This document shows, piece after piece, positions 1-9,398 of a DNA stretch of 64,000 nt (its first letter is position 1; every line of letters starts with the position of its first letter). The stretch comes from an uncultured Christensenella sp. GTDB taxonomy: Bacteria; Bacillota; Clostridia; Christensenellales; Borkfalkiaceae. Under the pieces are notes generated by a model. The model was given only the letters and a program-made list of their open reading frames with translations. It had not been told where the DNA came from and searched no databases. The DNA is taken from positions 11,556 through 75,555 of the forward strand of contig CAJTPJ010000003.1 of NCBI GenBank assembly GCA_910578145.1. Reading direction: 5' to 3'. Position numbers and translations under genes: made by a program.

Positions 1-1372
1 CAAACCGCGAAGCCACGTCCTGCACCGAAGCCGCGTCCTTGCGCTCGATGCGGTCGGGAACAGGCGGTTTCTCCTGCGGGGTTGAGTTTAAATCCCTTTT
101 CAAAGATTCGTACGTTATGCCCGTTTTATCCCTTAATTGCTTTAAAAGGTCTTCCTGTACGGCGGCGCTTTCCGCCGTTTTTATTACTTTCATTGCCTCG
201 GCAACGTATTGGCGCTTATCCTCGGTTTTGGTTAAATCAAAGCCGCGCTCCGCCGTTTTAAGTTTGTAGTCTATCAATGGCATTGCCGAATCAAGACAAC
301 GCCGATATTCATCGGCACCAAGTTGTTTTATTACGTCGTCGGGGTCAAGCCCGCCCGTAAGCGGCACCACTTTTACGTTTAAGCCCGCAGAGGTTAAAAT
401 ATCCAGCCCGCGCATATTTGCTTTTTGCCCCGCAGCATCGCCGTCGTAGCTTATAAGCACGTTGTCGGAATATCTTTTTAGTAATCTCGCTTGCTCTTGC
501 GTTAACGAAGTGCCCATACTTGCAACTACGTTTTTAAACCCCGCCTGATATAGCGAAATGGTGTCCATATACCCTTCCACCATAATTACGTTACTTATAG
601 TTTGCGTCTTTTTCAGCTTTTTTAAAAGATTTACGTTATAAAGCGATTTGCTTTTGTTGAAAACCAAAGTTTCCTTGGTGTTTTTGTACTTACTGAAATC
701 CGTTTTTTCCAGCTTTCTTCCGCCAAACGCCACTACTTCGTCCATAGCGTTGATTATGGGAAAGATAAGCCTTTCACCCAAAGCGTCGCTCAGTCTTCCG
801 TTAACGTCGTTAACCGCTCCGCTGTCAACCATATCCTGCCGAGAATAACCTTTACTAAGCAAAAACGCAGGCAGGCTATTAAAGTCAAGGCTTGCGCCCA
901 AACCGAATTTGCGGACTACGTTTGAAGGTATCCTACGTTTTAAAATATATTCGATATGCTTATCCGCCTTTCCTGAATTGAGATTATTTAGGTAAAAATG
1001 CGCGCAATCGTTTAAAATTTTTAATATAGAATCCTTTTTGCGCTTGGCTTCCACGGTGTTTTTACTGTCGTAGCCAAAGTTGGGCACGGTAAGCCCCGCG
1101 CGCTCGGCAAGCAAGTTGACGGCTTCGCCGAAGTCAAGGTTTTCCATACTCTGTACGAAACGGATAACGTCACCCGATTCGCCGCAACCGAAGCAATGAT
1201 AGTATTGGTCGGCTTCGTTTATGGCAAACGACGGGGTTTTTTCGTGATGGAAAGGGCAGCACGCCCAATAGCTGCCGCTCTTTTTTTCGAGGGTGATATA
1301 GTTGCTTGCAACCTCTATTATATTAAGTTTACTTTTCAGAGTTGACAAAAACTCCTTATAATCGCCGGTCAA
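1..1372 (-). CDS. dnaG: DNA primase DnaG, N-terminal ~457 codons (C-terminus lies beyond the window start)
   Basis: Absent from the ORF track because it has no stop codon in the window. My minus-strand translation from TTG at 1372-1370 (purine-rich GGGAGAGAGGGG just upstream) reads ...SYWACCPFHHEKTPSFAINEADQYYHCFGCGESGDVIRF, the CHC2 primase zinc finger. Further downstream it contains the VEGYMD TOPRIM motif. The gene follows a dGTPase-like gene, as in many Firmicutes. Confidence 0.9.
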   Translation of the reverse strand, partial: MTGDYKEFLSTLKSKLNIIEVASNYITLEKKSGSYWACCPFHHEKTPSFAINEADQYYHCFGCGESGDVIRFVQSMENLDFGEAVNLLAERAGLTVPNFGYDSKNTVEAKRKKDSILKILNDCAHFYLNNLNSGKADKHIEYILKRRIPSNVVRKFGLGASLDFNSLPAFLLSKGYSRQDMVDSGAVNDVNGRLSDALGERLIFPIINAMDEVVAFGGRKLEKTDFSKYKNTKETLVFNKSKSLYNVNLLKKLKKTQTISNVIMVEGYMDTISLYQAGFKNVVASMGTSLTQEQARLLKRYSDNVLISYDGDAAGQKANMRGLDILTSAGLNVKVVPLTGGLDPDDVIKQLGADEYRRCLDSAMPLIDYKLKTAERGFDLTKTEDKRQYVAEAMKVIKTAESAAVQEDLLKQLRDKTGITYESLKRDLNSTPQEKPPVPDRIERKDAASVQDVASRF

Positions 1373-1396
1373 GCCCCTCTCTCCCTTGTAAAACGC

Positions 1397-2416
1397 TTAG
1401 TTGGATTCGTCTATAAAAGTCCAGCCTTTAGGCACGAAAATTTTATTGAAAGTGTATACCGCGTACCTATCCGTCATCGACGAAAGATAGTCGCAAACGA
1501 CTTGTTCAACCGAATAGCCGTTTAATAGTTTTAAATAATTTTCAGGCAGACGGTCGGGGTGTTTTATAAAAAACCCGTACGTTTCCGTCATCATTCTTTC
1601 GGCTTTTTCCTCTTCGCCGCGGGCGGAATCGGAAAGGTACACCCGCTCGAACATAAACGAACGCAAAGCCTCGCTTGCGCGCGCCGTTTCCTCCTCCATT
1701 TTTACTTGGTTTTTACCGTTGGACGCGCGGTAAATAGAGGATATTGCCGTATTAATTCTTTCGCGGGAGCTTGTCCCGAGTATTCGTTTTATATCTTTCG
1801 GAACGTCGTTTTCGGTTAAAATTCCCGCTCTTATAGCGTCGTCTAAGTCGTGATTTATGTATGCTATGCGGTCTGCCAAGGAAACGCAAACCCCTTCTAA
1901 CGTGGCAGGTTTGCCGCTTTTGGGGTGGTTTAAAATTCCGTCGCGCACTTCCTTTGTAAGGTTGAGTCCTGCGCCGTCCTTTTCAAGCACTTCAACTACC
2001 CTAACCGACTGCACGTTGTGCTTAAAACCGCTTGGCGAAAGTTTTGAAAGTATGCGCTCGCCACTGTGCCCGAAAGGCGTATGCCCCAGGTCGTGCCCAA
2101 GCGCTATCGCTTCGGCAAGGTCCTCGTTAAGCGAAAGCGTGCGCGCAATACTACGCGCTATCTGCGAAACGTCGAGGGTGTGCGTAAGACGCGTGATATA
2201 ATGGTCGCCCTCGGGCGAGAAAAATACCTGCGTTTTGTTTTTAAGCCTCCTGAACGCTTTACAGTATACTATCCTGTCGCGGTCGCGCTGAAATTCGGTG
2301 CGCATAAAACAAGGCGTTTCCTCCCTGTCGCGCCCAAGCGTGTTTTCCGACTTACAAGCGTAAGGCGACAGAAACGCGCGCTCTATTTCAAACGTTCTTT
2401 CTCTAAGCGATTGCAT
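1397..2416 (-). CDS. dGTP triphosphohydrolase-like HD-domain phosphohydrolase
   Basis: 339-aa ORF containing RLTHTLDVSQIAR...LGHDLGHTPFGHSGE, the HD motif of the dGTPase family. It lies immediately upstream of dnaG. Confidence 0.85.
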   Translation of the reverse strand: MQSLRERTFEIERAFLSPYACKSENTLGRDREETPCFMRTEFQRDRDRIVYCKAFRRLKNKTQVFFSPEGDHYITRLTHTLDVSQIARSIARTLSLNEDLAEAIALGHDLGHTPFGHSGERILSKLSPSGFKHNVQSVRVVEVLEKDGAGLNLTKEVRDGILNHPKSGKPATLEGVCVSLADRIAYINHDLDDAIRAGILTENDVPKDIKRILGTSSRERINTAISSIYRASNGKNQVKMEEETARASEALRSFMFERVYLSDSARGEEEKAERMMTETYGFFIKHPDRLPENYLKLLNGYSVEQVVCDYLSSMTDRYAVYTFNKIFVPKGWTFIDESN

Positions 2417-2478
2417 TTTATCTCCGTTAAGTTATACGAAAAAAATTTATAAATTACTTTTTTTGCTAAAAAATTATT

Positions 2479-3204
2479 TTATTTGCCGAAACCGCCGCCC
2501 ACGGACAGCACTTCGCCCGTGATATAACTGCTTTCCGCAAGCATAACGCAAGCCTCGCCCACGTCGGAAGGTTGCCCTATTCTGCCCATAGGAACGCAAT
2601 TTATAAGCTCTTCAAGCTCCGCGGGGGAAAGGTGTGAATTCATCTGCGTATCGATAACGCCGGGGGAAACGCAGTTTACGCGGACGTTGGACGGGGCAAG
2701 TTCTTTTGCAAGCGCCTTTGTAAAAGCTATTACCGCGCCTTTGGAAGCCGAATACGCAACTTCGCAACTTGCACCCACTTCGCCCCAAATAGAGGAAATA
2801 TTTATAATTGACCCGCCGCCGGCAAACACCATTTTATCGGTTACCTCGCGGCTGCAAAGAAAGGTAGATTTTACGTTGGTATCAAAAATTTTATTCCATT
2901 CGCCCAAAGTTACGTCCTGTATAACCTTTACGCTGGAAACGCCCGCGTTGTTTACAAGTACGTCAAGTTTATCGTATATGGAAAAAAATTCCCTAAACAT
3001 ATTTTTAACCTGCAACTCGTCGGAAACGTCGGCGCGCAGAAGTATGGGGCAATAGCCCAGAATATTAAACTCCTCCTGCGTGGCTAACGCCGCGCGCTGG
3101 TTGGCGCGGTAGTTTAAAACGACTTCGTATCCGCGCTGTAAAAAGGCAAGCGCAATAGCCTTGCCTATTCCTCTGGTTCCGCCTGTAATTAACGCCGTTT
3201 TCAT
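2479..3204 (-). CDS. Short-chain dehydrogenase/reductase (FabG-like 3-oxoacyl reductase family)
   Basis: TGGTRGIGKAIA Rossmann motif, NNAG, and a YSASK catalytic Tyr/Lys pair. A 4-nt overlap with aroK (3201-3204) suggests translational coupling. Confidence 0.85.
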   Translation of the reverse strand: MKTALITGGTRGIGKAIALAFLQRGYEVVLNYRANQRAALATQEEFNILGYCPILLRADVSDELQVKNMFREFFSIYDKLDVLVNNAGVSSVKVIQDVTLGEWNKIFDTNVKSTFLCSREVTDKMVFAGGGSIINISSIWGEVGASCEVAYSASKGAVIAFTKALAKELAPSNVRVNCVSPGVIDTQMNSHLSPAELEELINCVPMGRIGQPSDVGEACVMLAESSYITGEVLSVGGGFGK

Positions 3205-3695
3205 TTAAATAACTCCGCTATAATTTCAGCCACGCGCAACGGGGAAACGCCGTCGGTTTCCACCGTAAAATCCGCCGCAAGTTCGTATACGGGCGTGCGC
3301 GTAACGTACAAGTTTTTAAGGTTTTCCACTGCGTCGCCCTTTAAAAGCGGGCGTGTTTCGCCGTCGCCCGCGCGGTTTATAAGCTCGTTTAACGAGGTTT
3401 TAAGGTAAACGATTTTACCGCCGTTCTTTAAAATTTCAACGTTTTCACGCCTTAAAACGCAACCGCCGCCCGTGGAAATTACCGCGTTATCGCAAAGCGC
3501 GGCTTTTTTTACCGCCTGCGTTTCCAAATTACGAAAATGCTCCTCGCCGTAATTTTGAAAAATTTGGGAGATATCGCCGTGTTTTTCTACCACCAGCGCG
3601 TCGGTATCTATTACCTGCCTATTCAAAAGCCCGCCCAACAGCAAAGAAACGGTGGTTTTGCCGCTTGCAGGCATACCCGTTAAAACGACGTTCAT
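3201..3695 (-). CDS. aroK: Shikimate kinase
   Basis: 164 aa with a GMPASGKTTV P-loop, DTD, and a GGG lid, as is typical of AroK. It sits within the aro operon. Confidence 0.9.
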   Translation of the reverse strand: MNVVLTGMPASGKTTVSLLLGGLLNRQVIDTDALVVEKHGDISQIFQNYGEEHFRNLETQAVKKAALCDNAVISTGGGCVLRRENVEILKNGGKIVYLKTSLNELINRAGDGETRPLLKGDAVENLKNLYVTRTPVYELAADFTVETDGVSPLRVAEIIAELFK

Positions 3696-4102
3696 AATTT
3701 AAAACTTTCGCCCGCCAAGATATAACTGTTTTTGCCAAAACCGACTATCACGCCCTTGCATACCGCGGACAGCACGGAAGTATGCCTAAACTCCTCGCGC
3801 GCGTGCACGTTGGACATATGCACTTCCACCACGGGTACGTTTGTGCAAGATATCGCGTCGCGGATAGCCACGCTGTAATGGGTGTACGCGCCTGCGTTTA
3901 AAATTATTCCGTCGCACTTTGCCGACTGTATTTTGGCGCAAATTTCACCTTCGATATTGCTTTGGTAAAACTCGCATTCGTCGCCCTTGAAGTGCGCCGC
4001 GATTTCCCCGTTTATATCTTCCAAAGTTTGTTCGCCGTAAACGCCCTTTTCGCGCGTGCCCGTCATATTAAGGTTGACGCCGTTTATAAAAAGAAGTTTC
4101 AT
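3692..4102 (-). CDS. aroQ: Type II 3-dehydroquinate dehydratase
   Basis: 136 aa containing INGVNLN...GTRE..VYG, NAGAYTHYS and VEVHMSNVHAREEFRH, the type II DHQase signatures. Confidence 0.92.
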   Translation of the reverse strand: MKLLFINGVNLNMTGTREKGVYGEQTLEDINGEIAAHFKGDECEFYQSNIEGEICAKIQSAKCDGIILNAGAYTHYSVAIRDAISCTNVPVVEVHMSNVHAREEFRHTSVLSAVCKGVIVGFGKNSYILAGESFKL

Positions 4103-5943
4103 ATAATTTCCTTTTCAAATTTTTCAAACAGAATTTTTGCCGAAGCCTCGTCAGGGATTATACCGTGCCAAATGCATTCGGAATAATACGCCTGGTAAAA
4201 CAACATTGCTTTGCCGTTGATAACTTTTTTGCCCAGCTTTTCCGCAATTTCAAGAAACGCGCTCGTGGGCGGATTGTAGATAAGGTCAACTGCAACTTGG
4301 CAATTTTTAATAACGCTTTCGTCCGCAGGGGAAACGCCAACGGTATTGTGCATACCCACGCCGCTTGCGTTTATTATGGCGTAATATGGTTTAGGGGAAA
4401 TTTCGTCTAATGCGGTTATGCCGCCGAATTCACGGGCGACGGCAACGGCGTTTTCAAGATTTTTATCGTAGATATCAACCTTTCCGCCTTCCTCTAAAAC
4501 CTTTTTGGCAACGCTTCTGCCGGCGCCGCCCGCGCCGATAATTAAAACGTTTTTACCGTTAACGCCAACGCCGTTATTTTTTAGCATAAGCGCAAAGCCC
4601 AGCCCGTCGGTATTGTCGCCCGTAAGATTTTTACAACTTACCGTGTTTACCGCGCCGAAAGTATGCGCGTCGCCGCAAATTTTTTTAAGGTGCGGGATAA
4701 CTTTAAGTTTATAAGGTATAGTTACGTTAAGCCCTTCGTAGTTTGCTATTAAACCGTCTATATGCTTTTCAAACCCGTCCTCGGCTACGGAAATTAAGTC
4801 GTATGAAATATTTTTACCGATATGCTTTGCAATAAAATAATGTATTTGCGGGCTGATTGATTTTGAAACGTCCTTACCTATAAGCGCAAGTTTAACTTTC
4901 TTTTGCGAAATTTCAACCACCTGACGGCAGTACTCGTTAAAATCAAGTTTCAACTCCGCGCTGTTCCCCTTGGTTGCGGGAACTATTAAAGAAATTTTAT
5001 CGTCGTCGTTCTTTTTGTCGTGCATTGCCGAAATAAGCGCGCCGTCGATATTATCGAAACAGGGTTTTTCGCCGATTACGGAAAGTATGAGTTTTTCAAG
5101 GTTTTCCGCGTATTCCCCCCCGCATATGCCGTAGTTTCGCGCAATTTGCAACTCGTAATAAGCGCCGATAAGCACGTACTCGCCGTGCGATTTTTCGCCG
5201 TAATTCAATTCAAGCGCGTGCCCCGTAGTGTGCCCTAAATTTAAAATTTTCCGCACGCCGTTTAAATCTCTTTCATCCTTTGAAACGATTTCGGCTTTAA
5301 ATTTTACGCAATCGCAAGTAATATCGCCGAGAAAATTCAAATCTTTCAAATTTTTTGCGGAAAGCAATTTATCGTAAATTTCCGCGTCTAACGCGCCGTA
5401 TTTTATAATTTCGCCCAAACCGCAATTTATTTCGCGCTCGGGCAGAGTTTTTAAAAACAGCGGGTCTATAATAACTTCCTCGGGCTGGTAAAAGGCGCCT
5501 ATAACGTTTTTAACGCCTTCCATATCCACAGCGGTTTTCCCGCCCACCGAGCTATCAACTTGCGCGAGTAGCGTTGTGGGTATTTGCACGATATGCACTC
5601 CGCGCATATACAGCGAAGCGGCAAGTCCGGCAATATCGCCCACCACGCCGCCGCCCAAAGCAATAACCGTACCGTTACGGCGCATACCCGCTTTAAGCAT
5701 CGCCTGCAAAATTTGCAAAAGCACCTGGGTATTTTTACTTGATTCCCCCGCACATATGACGTGTTTAACGCAGTTTTTAAAAGTTTTATCAATTAGAGCT
5801 CTATACAAATTATTAACGTTATCGTCGGTTATCAAAAACACTTTTTCCTGCGAAAAACGCTTAGTATATTTCTCGAACGAGCCTTTGCCGCAGTGGATAA
5901 CGCTTTTTTGCGAGATATTTAAAATTACGTCCTGCATAGTCAC
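4099..5943 (-). CDS. aroB/aroE: Fused 3-dehydroquinate synthase (N-terminal ~345 aa) / shikimate 5-dehydrogenase (C-terminal ~265 aa)
   Basis: The N-terminal half has GGGVVGDIAGLAAS...IPTTLLAQVDSSVGGKTAVD and NLGHTTGHALE (AroB). The C-terminal half has LIGKDVSKSISPQIH, NVTIPYK, GAVNTV, GDNTDGLGF and IIGAGGAGRSVA (AroE). It is a single uninterrupted 614-aa ORF. Confidence 0.88.
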   Translation of the reverse strand: MTMQDVILNISQKSVIHCGKGSFEKYTKRFSQEKVFLITDDNVNNLYRALIDKTFKNCVKHVICAGESSKNTQVLLQILQAMLKAGMRRNGTVIALGGGVVGDIAGLAASLYMRGVHIVQIPTTLLAQVDSSVGGKTAVDMEGVKNVIGAFYQPEEVIIDPLFLKTLPEREINCGLGEIIKYGALDAEIYDKLLSAKNLKDLNFLGDITCDCVKFKAEIVSKDERDLNGVRKILNLGHTTGHALELNYGEKSHGEYVLIGAYYELQIARNYGICGGEYAENLEKLILSVIGEKPCFDNIDGALISAMHDKKNDDDKISLIVPATKGNSAELKLDFNEYCRQVVEISQKKVKLALIGKDVSKSISPQIHYFIAKHIGKNISYDLISVAEDGFEKHIDGLIANYEGLNVTIPYKLKVIPHLKKICGDAHTFGAVNTVSCKNLTGDNTDGLGFALMLKNNGVGVNGKNVLIIGAGGAGRSVAKKVLEEGGKVDIYDKNLENAVAVAREFGGITALDEISPKPYYAIINASGVGMHNTVGVSPADESVIKNCQVAVDLIYNPPTSAFLEIAEKLGKKVINGKAMLFYQAYYSECIWHGIIPDEASAKILFEKFEKEII

Positions 5944-7067
5944 CTCAAAGCGCGGTATCTTTCCGTAACCTCGCGCATATTGTCGCCGCCAAGCCTGTTT
6001 GAAACCACTTCTGCAAGCGTGAAAGCCACTACGCTTTCAACCACTATTTCCGCGGCGCAAATTGCCGCAACGTCGCTGCGCTCTCCCGCCGCCGTAACGG
6101 GTTTGCCGGAAAGATAGTCCACCGTTTCAAGCCCCTTCATAAGCGTGGGAATAGGCTTCATAGCCGCGCGCAAAACTATTTCTTCACCGTTGGACATTCC
6201 GCCCTCTATCCCGCCCGCGTTGTTCGTTTTGCGGCGGTAGTTGCCGTTTTGCATATAAATTTCGTCGTGAACTTTGCTTCCGCAAACGTCTGCCGCGCCG
6301 AAACCCAGCCCTATCTCTACGCCCTTAATAGCTTGTACGCCCATAACCGCGCCGCACAAAATGCCGTCTAACTTGGTTGAATACTGCATACAACTGCCAA
6401 ACCCGCTTTTAAGCCCTTTAACGCGTATTTCAACTACGCCGCCTGCAGTATCCCCCTCGCTTTTCAACTTGTCTATTTTAGCCATAGCCTGCTTTTCCAA
6501 TCCGTCGTCAAGCATAAAAAGCGGCTTGCTTTTAGCTGCTGAAAGCTGCTCGAACGGGTAAAAATTTTCGTCTTTAACGCCGCAAACGCTTTTTACGTAG
6601 CCCGAAACTTCAACGCCGAGCACACGCAGGTATTGTTTTGCGATAGTGCCGGCGGCGACCCTGACAGCCGTTTCGCGCGCGCTTGCCCGCTCTAAAATAT
6701 TGCGGGCGTCGGTTTGGTCGTACTTGATTACGCCCGTCAAGTCGGCGTGCCCGGGGCGCACTTTCGTAAGCGTTTTTTTAGTAACGTCCGCACCCTCCGG
6801 CGCCATATATTCCCGCCAATTTTCATAGTCCTTATTGCGTACGATAAGCGCAAGCGGACTGCCGAGCGTAAGCCCGTTTCTTACTCCGCTAATAATTTCC
6901 GCTTCGTCTTTTTCTATTTTCTGCCTTGCGCCCCTGCCGTAACCGCTTTGCCGCAAAGCAAGATAGTTATTTATTTCGGCGATATCTATTTTCAGGTTTG
7001 AAGGCAAGCCCTCTATTATGGCTACAAGCGCTTTGCCGTGCGATTCGCCCGCCGTGGTAAGTTTCAT
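5940..7067 (-). CDS. aroC: Chorismate synthase
   Basis: 375 aa containing TAGESHGKALVAIIEG, RPGHADL and GRSDVAAI-like ERSDVAA motifs. Confidence 0.93.
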   Translation of the reverse strand: MKLTTAGESHGKALVAIIEGLPSNLKIDIAEINNYLALRQSGYGRGARQKIEKDEAEIISGVRNGLTLGSPLALIVRNKDYENWREYMAPEGADVTKKTLTKVRPGHADLTGVIKYDQTDARNILERASARETAVRVAAGTIAKQYLRVLGVEVSGYVKSVCGVKDENFYPFEQLSAAKSKPLFMLDDGLEKQAMAKIDKLKSEGDTAGGVVEIRVKGLKSGFGSCMQYSTKLDGILCGAVMGVQAIKGVEIGLGFGAADVCGSKVHDEIYMQNGNYRRKTNNAGGIEGGMSNGEEIVLRAAMKPIPTLMKGLETVDYLSGKPVTAAGERSDVAAICAAEIVVESVVAFTLAEVVSNRLGGDNMREVTERYRALR

Positions 7068-8071
7068 TTTTTCTCCTTTTTCACAGAATAAGAAGTTTTT
7101 TTAACGGTTATAGTAACGGTGCCGTCCGCGTCGGTGCGGTAAAAGTTATCGCCCACGAAATTTTGCGCGTCGGCAATAGCGTTTAAGGATGGAAGCCCCA
7201 ACCCGTTTTTACCAACCGAAAGCACCGCGGTTTGCGGACGAAAAGTTTCGTACAATTTTACGCCATACTCGTTTTTAGAGCCACTGCGCGGAACTTTCAT
7301 AATTTTGCACTTAGAAACGTTGATATATTCGCCGTTAATTTCAAAACCCGTTAAATATTTTTCGCAAAGTTTATACGTTACGGCTTGTCCAATATCGCCC
7401 GTAAGCAAAACGCCCGTTTCGCCATACTCCAACCAAATAACCGCGGAAGCATTGTACATATTTTCGGTAGTTGGGTTATTTAAAAACTTGTCGTATTCCC
7501 CGTCTTCAACAAGGTGATTGCTTGGCGAAAGAAAATAGAGTTTATAATCATTACCGCTAAATCCGTTGCCGTATTCGCAATATTCCACGGCAAGCCCGCT
7601 ATCCGAAACCGTTTCGGAAAATTTTCTAAACTCATCGTTTATATACGTTACGGGACAATAGGGCGCGTATACTTTATTGACCTTTTTATATTTAATAATA
7701 TCCGAAAGCCCGCCGCACCTTTCTTTCCTTACGGAAGTGCATATAAGATAATCAATAGTTTTTATGCCGAAACCGTTAAGCGCTTTTAAAACTTTTATAT
7801 TGCACGAACGCGTGCCGTTGCCCGCGTCTATTAACGCCGTTTTGCCGTCGGGGAATTCTATTATAGTGCAATCGCCGTAACCTACGTCAACAAAACTTAC
7901 GCGCATTACTCCTGCCGTATTTTTATTTTTTACAACGCAATACGCTGAAAGATATTTTACGGGAATAAAAAAGTTTGTAGTAATAAGCGCCGCGGACAGA
8001 GCAAAAATAATTGCCGCAAATACGATTGAAGCTCTTTGCCAAACGGATAATTTCTTTCGTTTGCCGCCCAT
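7064..8071 (-). CDS. Membrane-anchored MBL-fold hydrolase (ComEC C-terminal-domain-like)
   Basis: N-terminal transmembrane helix (IVFAAIIFALSAALITTNFF) followed by VSFVDVGYGDCTIIEFPDGKTALIDAG, an MBL-like fold resembling the ComEC/Rec2 beta-lactamase domain. It is coupled to aroC by a 4-nt overlap. Confidence 0.65.
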   Translation of the reverse strand: MGGKRKKLSVWQRASIVFAAIIFALSAALITTNFFIPVKYLSAYCVVKNKNTAGVMRVSFVDVGYGDCTIIEFPDGKTALIDAGNGTRSCNIKVLKALNGFGIKTIDYLICTSVRKERCGGLSDIIKYKKVNKVYAPYCPVTYINDEFRKFSETVSDSGLAVEYCEYGNGFSGNDYKLYFLSPSNHLVEDGEYDKFLNNPTTENMYNASAVIWLEYGETGVLLTGDIGQAVTYKLCEKYLTGFEINGEYINVSKCKIMKVPRSGSKNEYGVKLYETFRPQTAVLSVGKNGLGLPSLNAIADAQNFVGDNFYRTDADGTVTITVKKTSYSVKKEKK

Positions 8072-8076
8072 TGCTT

Positions 8077-9396
8077 TTATTTAAAAAATTCCGAATAAAT
8101 TGCGCGTATGCACTTTTCGTAGTCGTCGTTATGCACGCCGACTATTATATTAAGCTCGCTTGAGCCTTGGTCAATCATTTTTATGTTGATATCAGCGTCG
8201 GCAATAGCTTTAAACAGCCTTGCCGAAGTACCTACCGACGAAGACATACCGTGCCCGACGGTTGCGATAAGCGCGATATTTTCGGTTACACGAAGCACGT
8301 CGGGTTCAACCGCGTTGCGGATTTCCTCTAAAATACGTTCGAGTTTATCTTCGGGCAGGCGGCAACTTTCCACCACCAGCGACATAGTGTCTATGCCGGA
8401 CGGAATATGCTCTACGGGAACGCCTTCGCAAGTAAGCGCGTTTAGCACTTTACCTATAAAGCCGACTTCCGCGTTCATATGTGATTTTTCAATAAAAATT
8501 ACGGTAAAATTCTTTTTACCCGCCACGCCCGTAACCACGCTGCCGCTGGGAGTATAGCGGGAGCTGGGCAAAATAGCCGTGCCCTCGTCCTGCGGACGGA
8601 AAGTATTTTTTATCTGTATGGGAATATTAGCCCTGCGTACGGGAAAAATACTGTCGCTATGTAAAACGTTTGCTCCCATATAGCTAAGCTCGCGCAGTTC
8701 CTTGTAGGAAATACGTTTAATTTGCCTGGGGCTGTCTGCTATTCTGGGGTCGCACGCAAGAAATCCAGAAACGTCCGTCCAATTTTCGTAAACGGAAGCG
8801 CTTACGGCGCGCGCAACTATCGCGCCTGAAATATCCGAACCGCCGCGGGAAAAGGTTTTTACTTTTCCGTCGGCGCCGCAACCGTAAAAACCGGGCATTA
8901 CCGCGCGCTGTGCCCCGTTTAACGCCGCGGCAACTGTAGCGTAAGTTTTTTCGCCGTCCAGCTTTCCGTTTTCTTTGAAAAAGATAACCTGCTCGGCGTC
9001 AACGAACTTTGCGCCAAGCTCTTCGGCAACTATTCTTGCGCTAAGATATTCCCCGCGGGACGCGGTAAAATCTTCGCTGCACTCACGCGCGATACGCTCC
9101 TCGGTTTCGTCTAGAATAGCTTTTATATCCAAATCCAAACCAAGCTCTTTAACTATCGCTTCAAATCGTGCGCGGACTGCCGAAAACGAAGTTTTTAAAT
9201 CTCCCTCGCTCATAAGCTGCTCGTGGCACTTGTAAAGCAGGTCCGTCACTTTTATATCCGCAGAATATCTTTTACCCGGCGCGGAAACAACTATATACTT
9301 GCGGTGCGCGTCGCTGTCTATTATGTTTTTTACGCTTTTTATTACGGCGCCGTCAGCCATAGAAGTGCCGCCGAATTTACAAACTTTTACTGACAT
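8077..9396 (-). CDS. lysC: Aspartate kinase
   Basis: 439 aa with VCKFGGTSMAD at the N-terminus and tandem ACT-like regions at the C-terminus (ALIATVGHGM...IKMIDQGSSELNI). Confidence 0.9.
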   Translation of the reverse strand: MSVKVCKFGGTSMADGAVIKSVKNIIDSDAHRKYIVVSAPGKRYSADIKVTDLLYKCHEQLMSEGDLKTSFSAVRARFEAIVKELGLDLDIKAILDETEERIARECSEDFTASRGEYLSARIVAEELGAKFVDAEQVIFFKENGKLDGEKTYATVAAALNGAQRAVMPGFYGCGADGKVKTFSRGGSDISGAIVARAVSASVYENWTDVSGFLACDPRIADSPRQIKRISYKELRELSYMGANVLHSDSIFPVRRANIPIQIKNTFRPQDEGTAILPSSRYTPSGSVVTGVAGKKNFTVIFIEKSHMNAEVGFIGKVLNALTCEGVPVEHIPSGIDTMSLVVESCRLPEDKLERILEEIRNAVEPDVLRVTENIALIATVGHGMSSSVGTSARLFKAIADADINIKMIDQGSSELNIIVGVHNDDYEKCIRAIYSEFFK

Positions 9397-9398
9397 TA

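Noticed and set aside
39-848. Plus-strand ORFs at 39-269 and 648-848 at the window start.
   Set aside because: Both are antisense to the clearly coding dnaG reading frame, which carries the CHC2 zinc finger and TOPRIM motifs on the minus strand.
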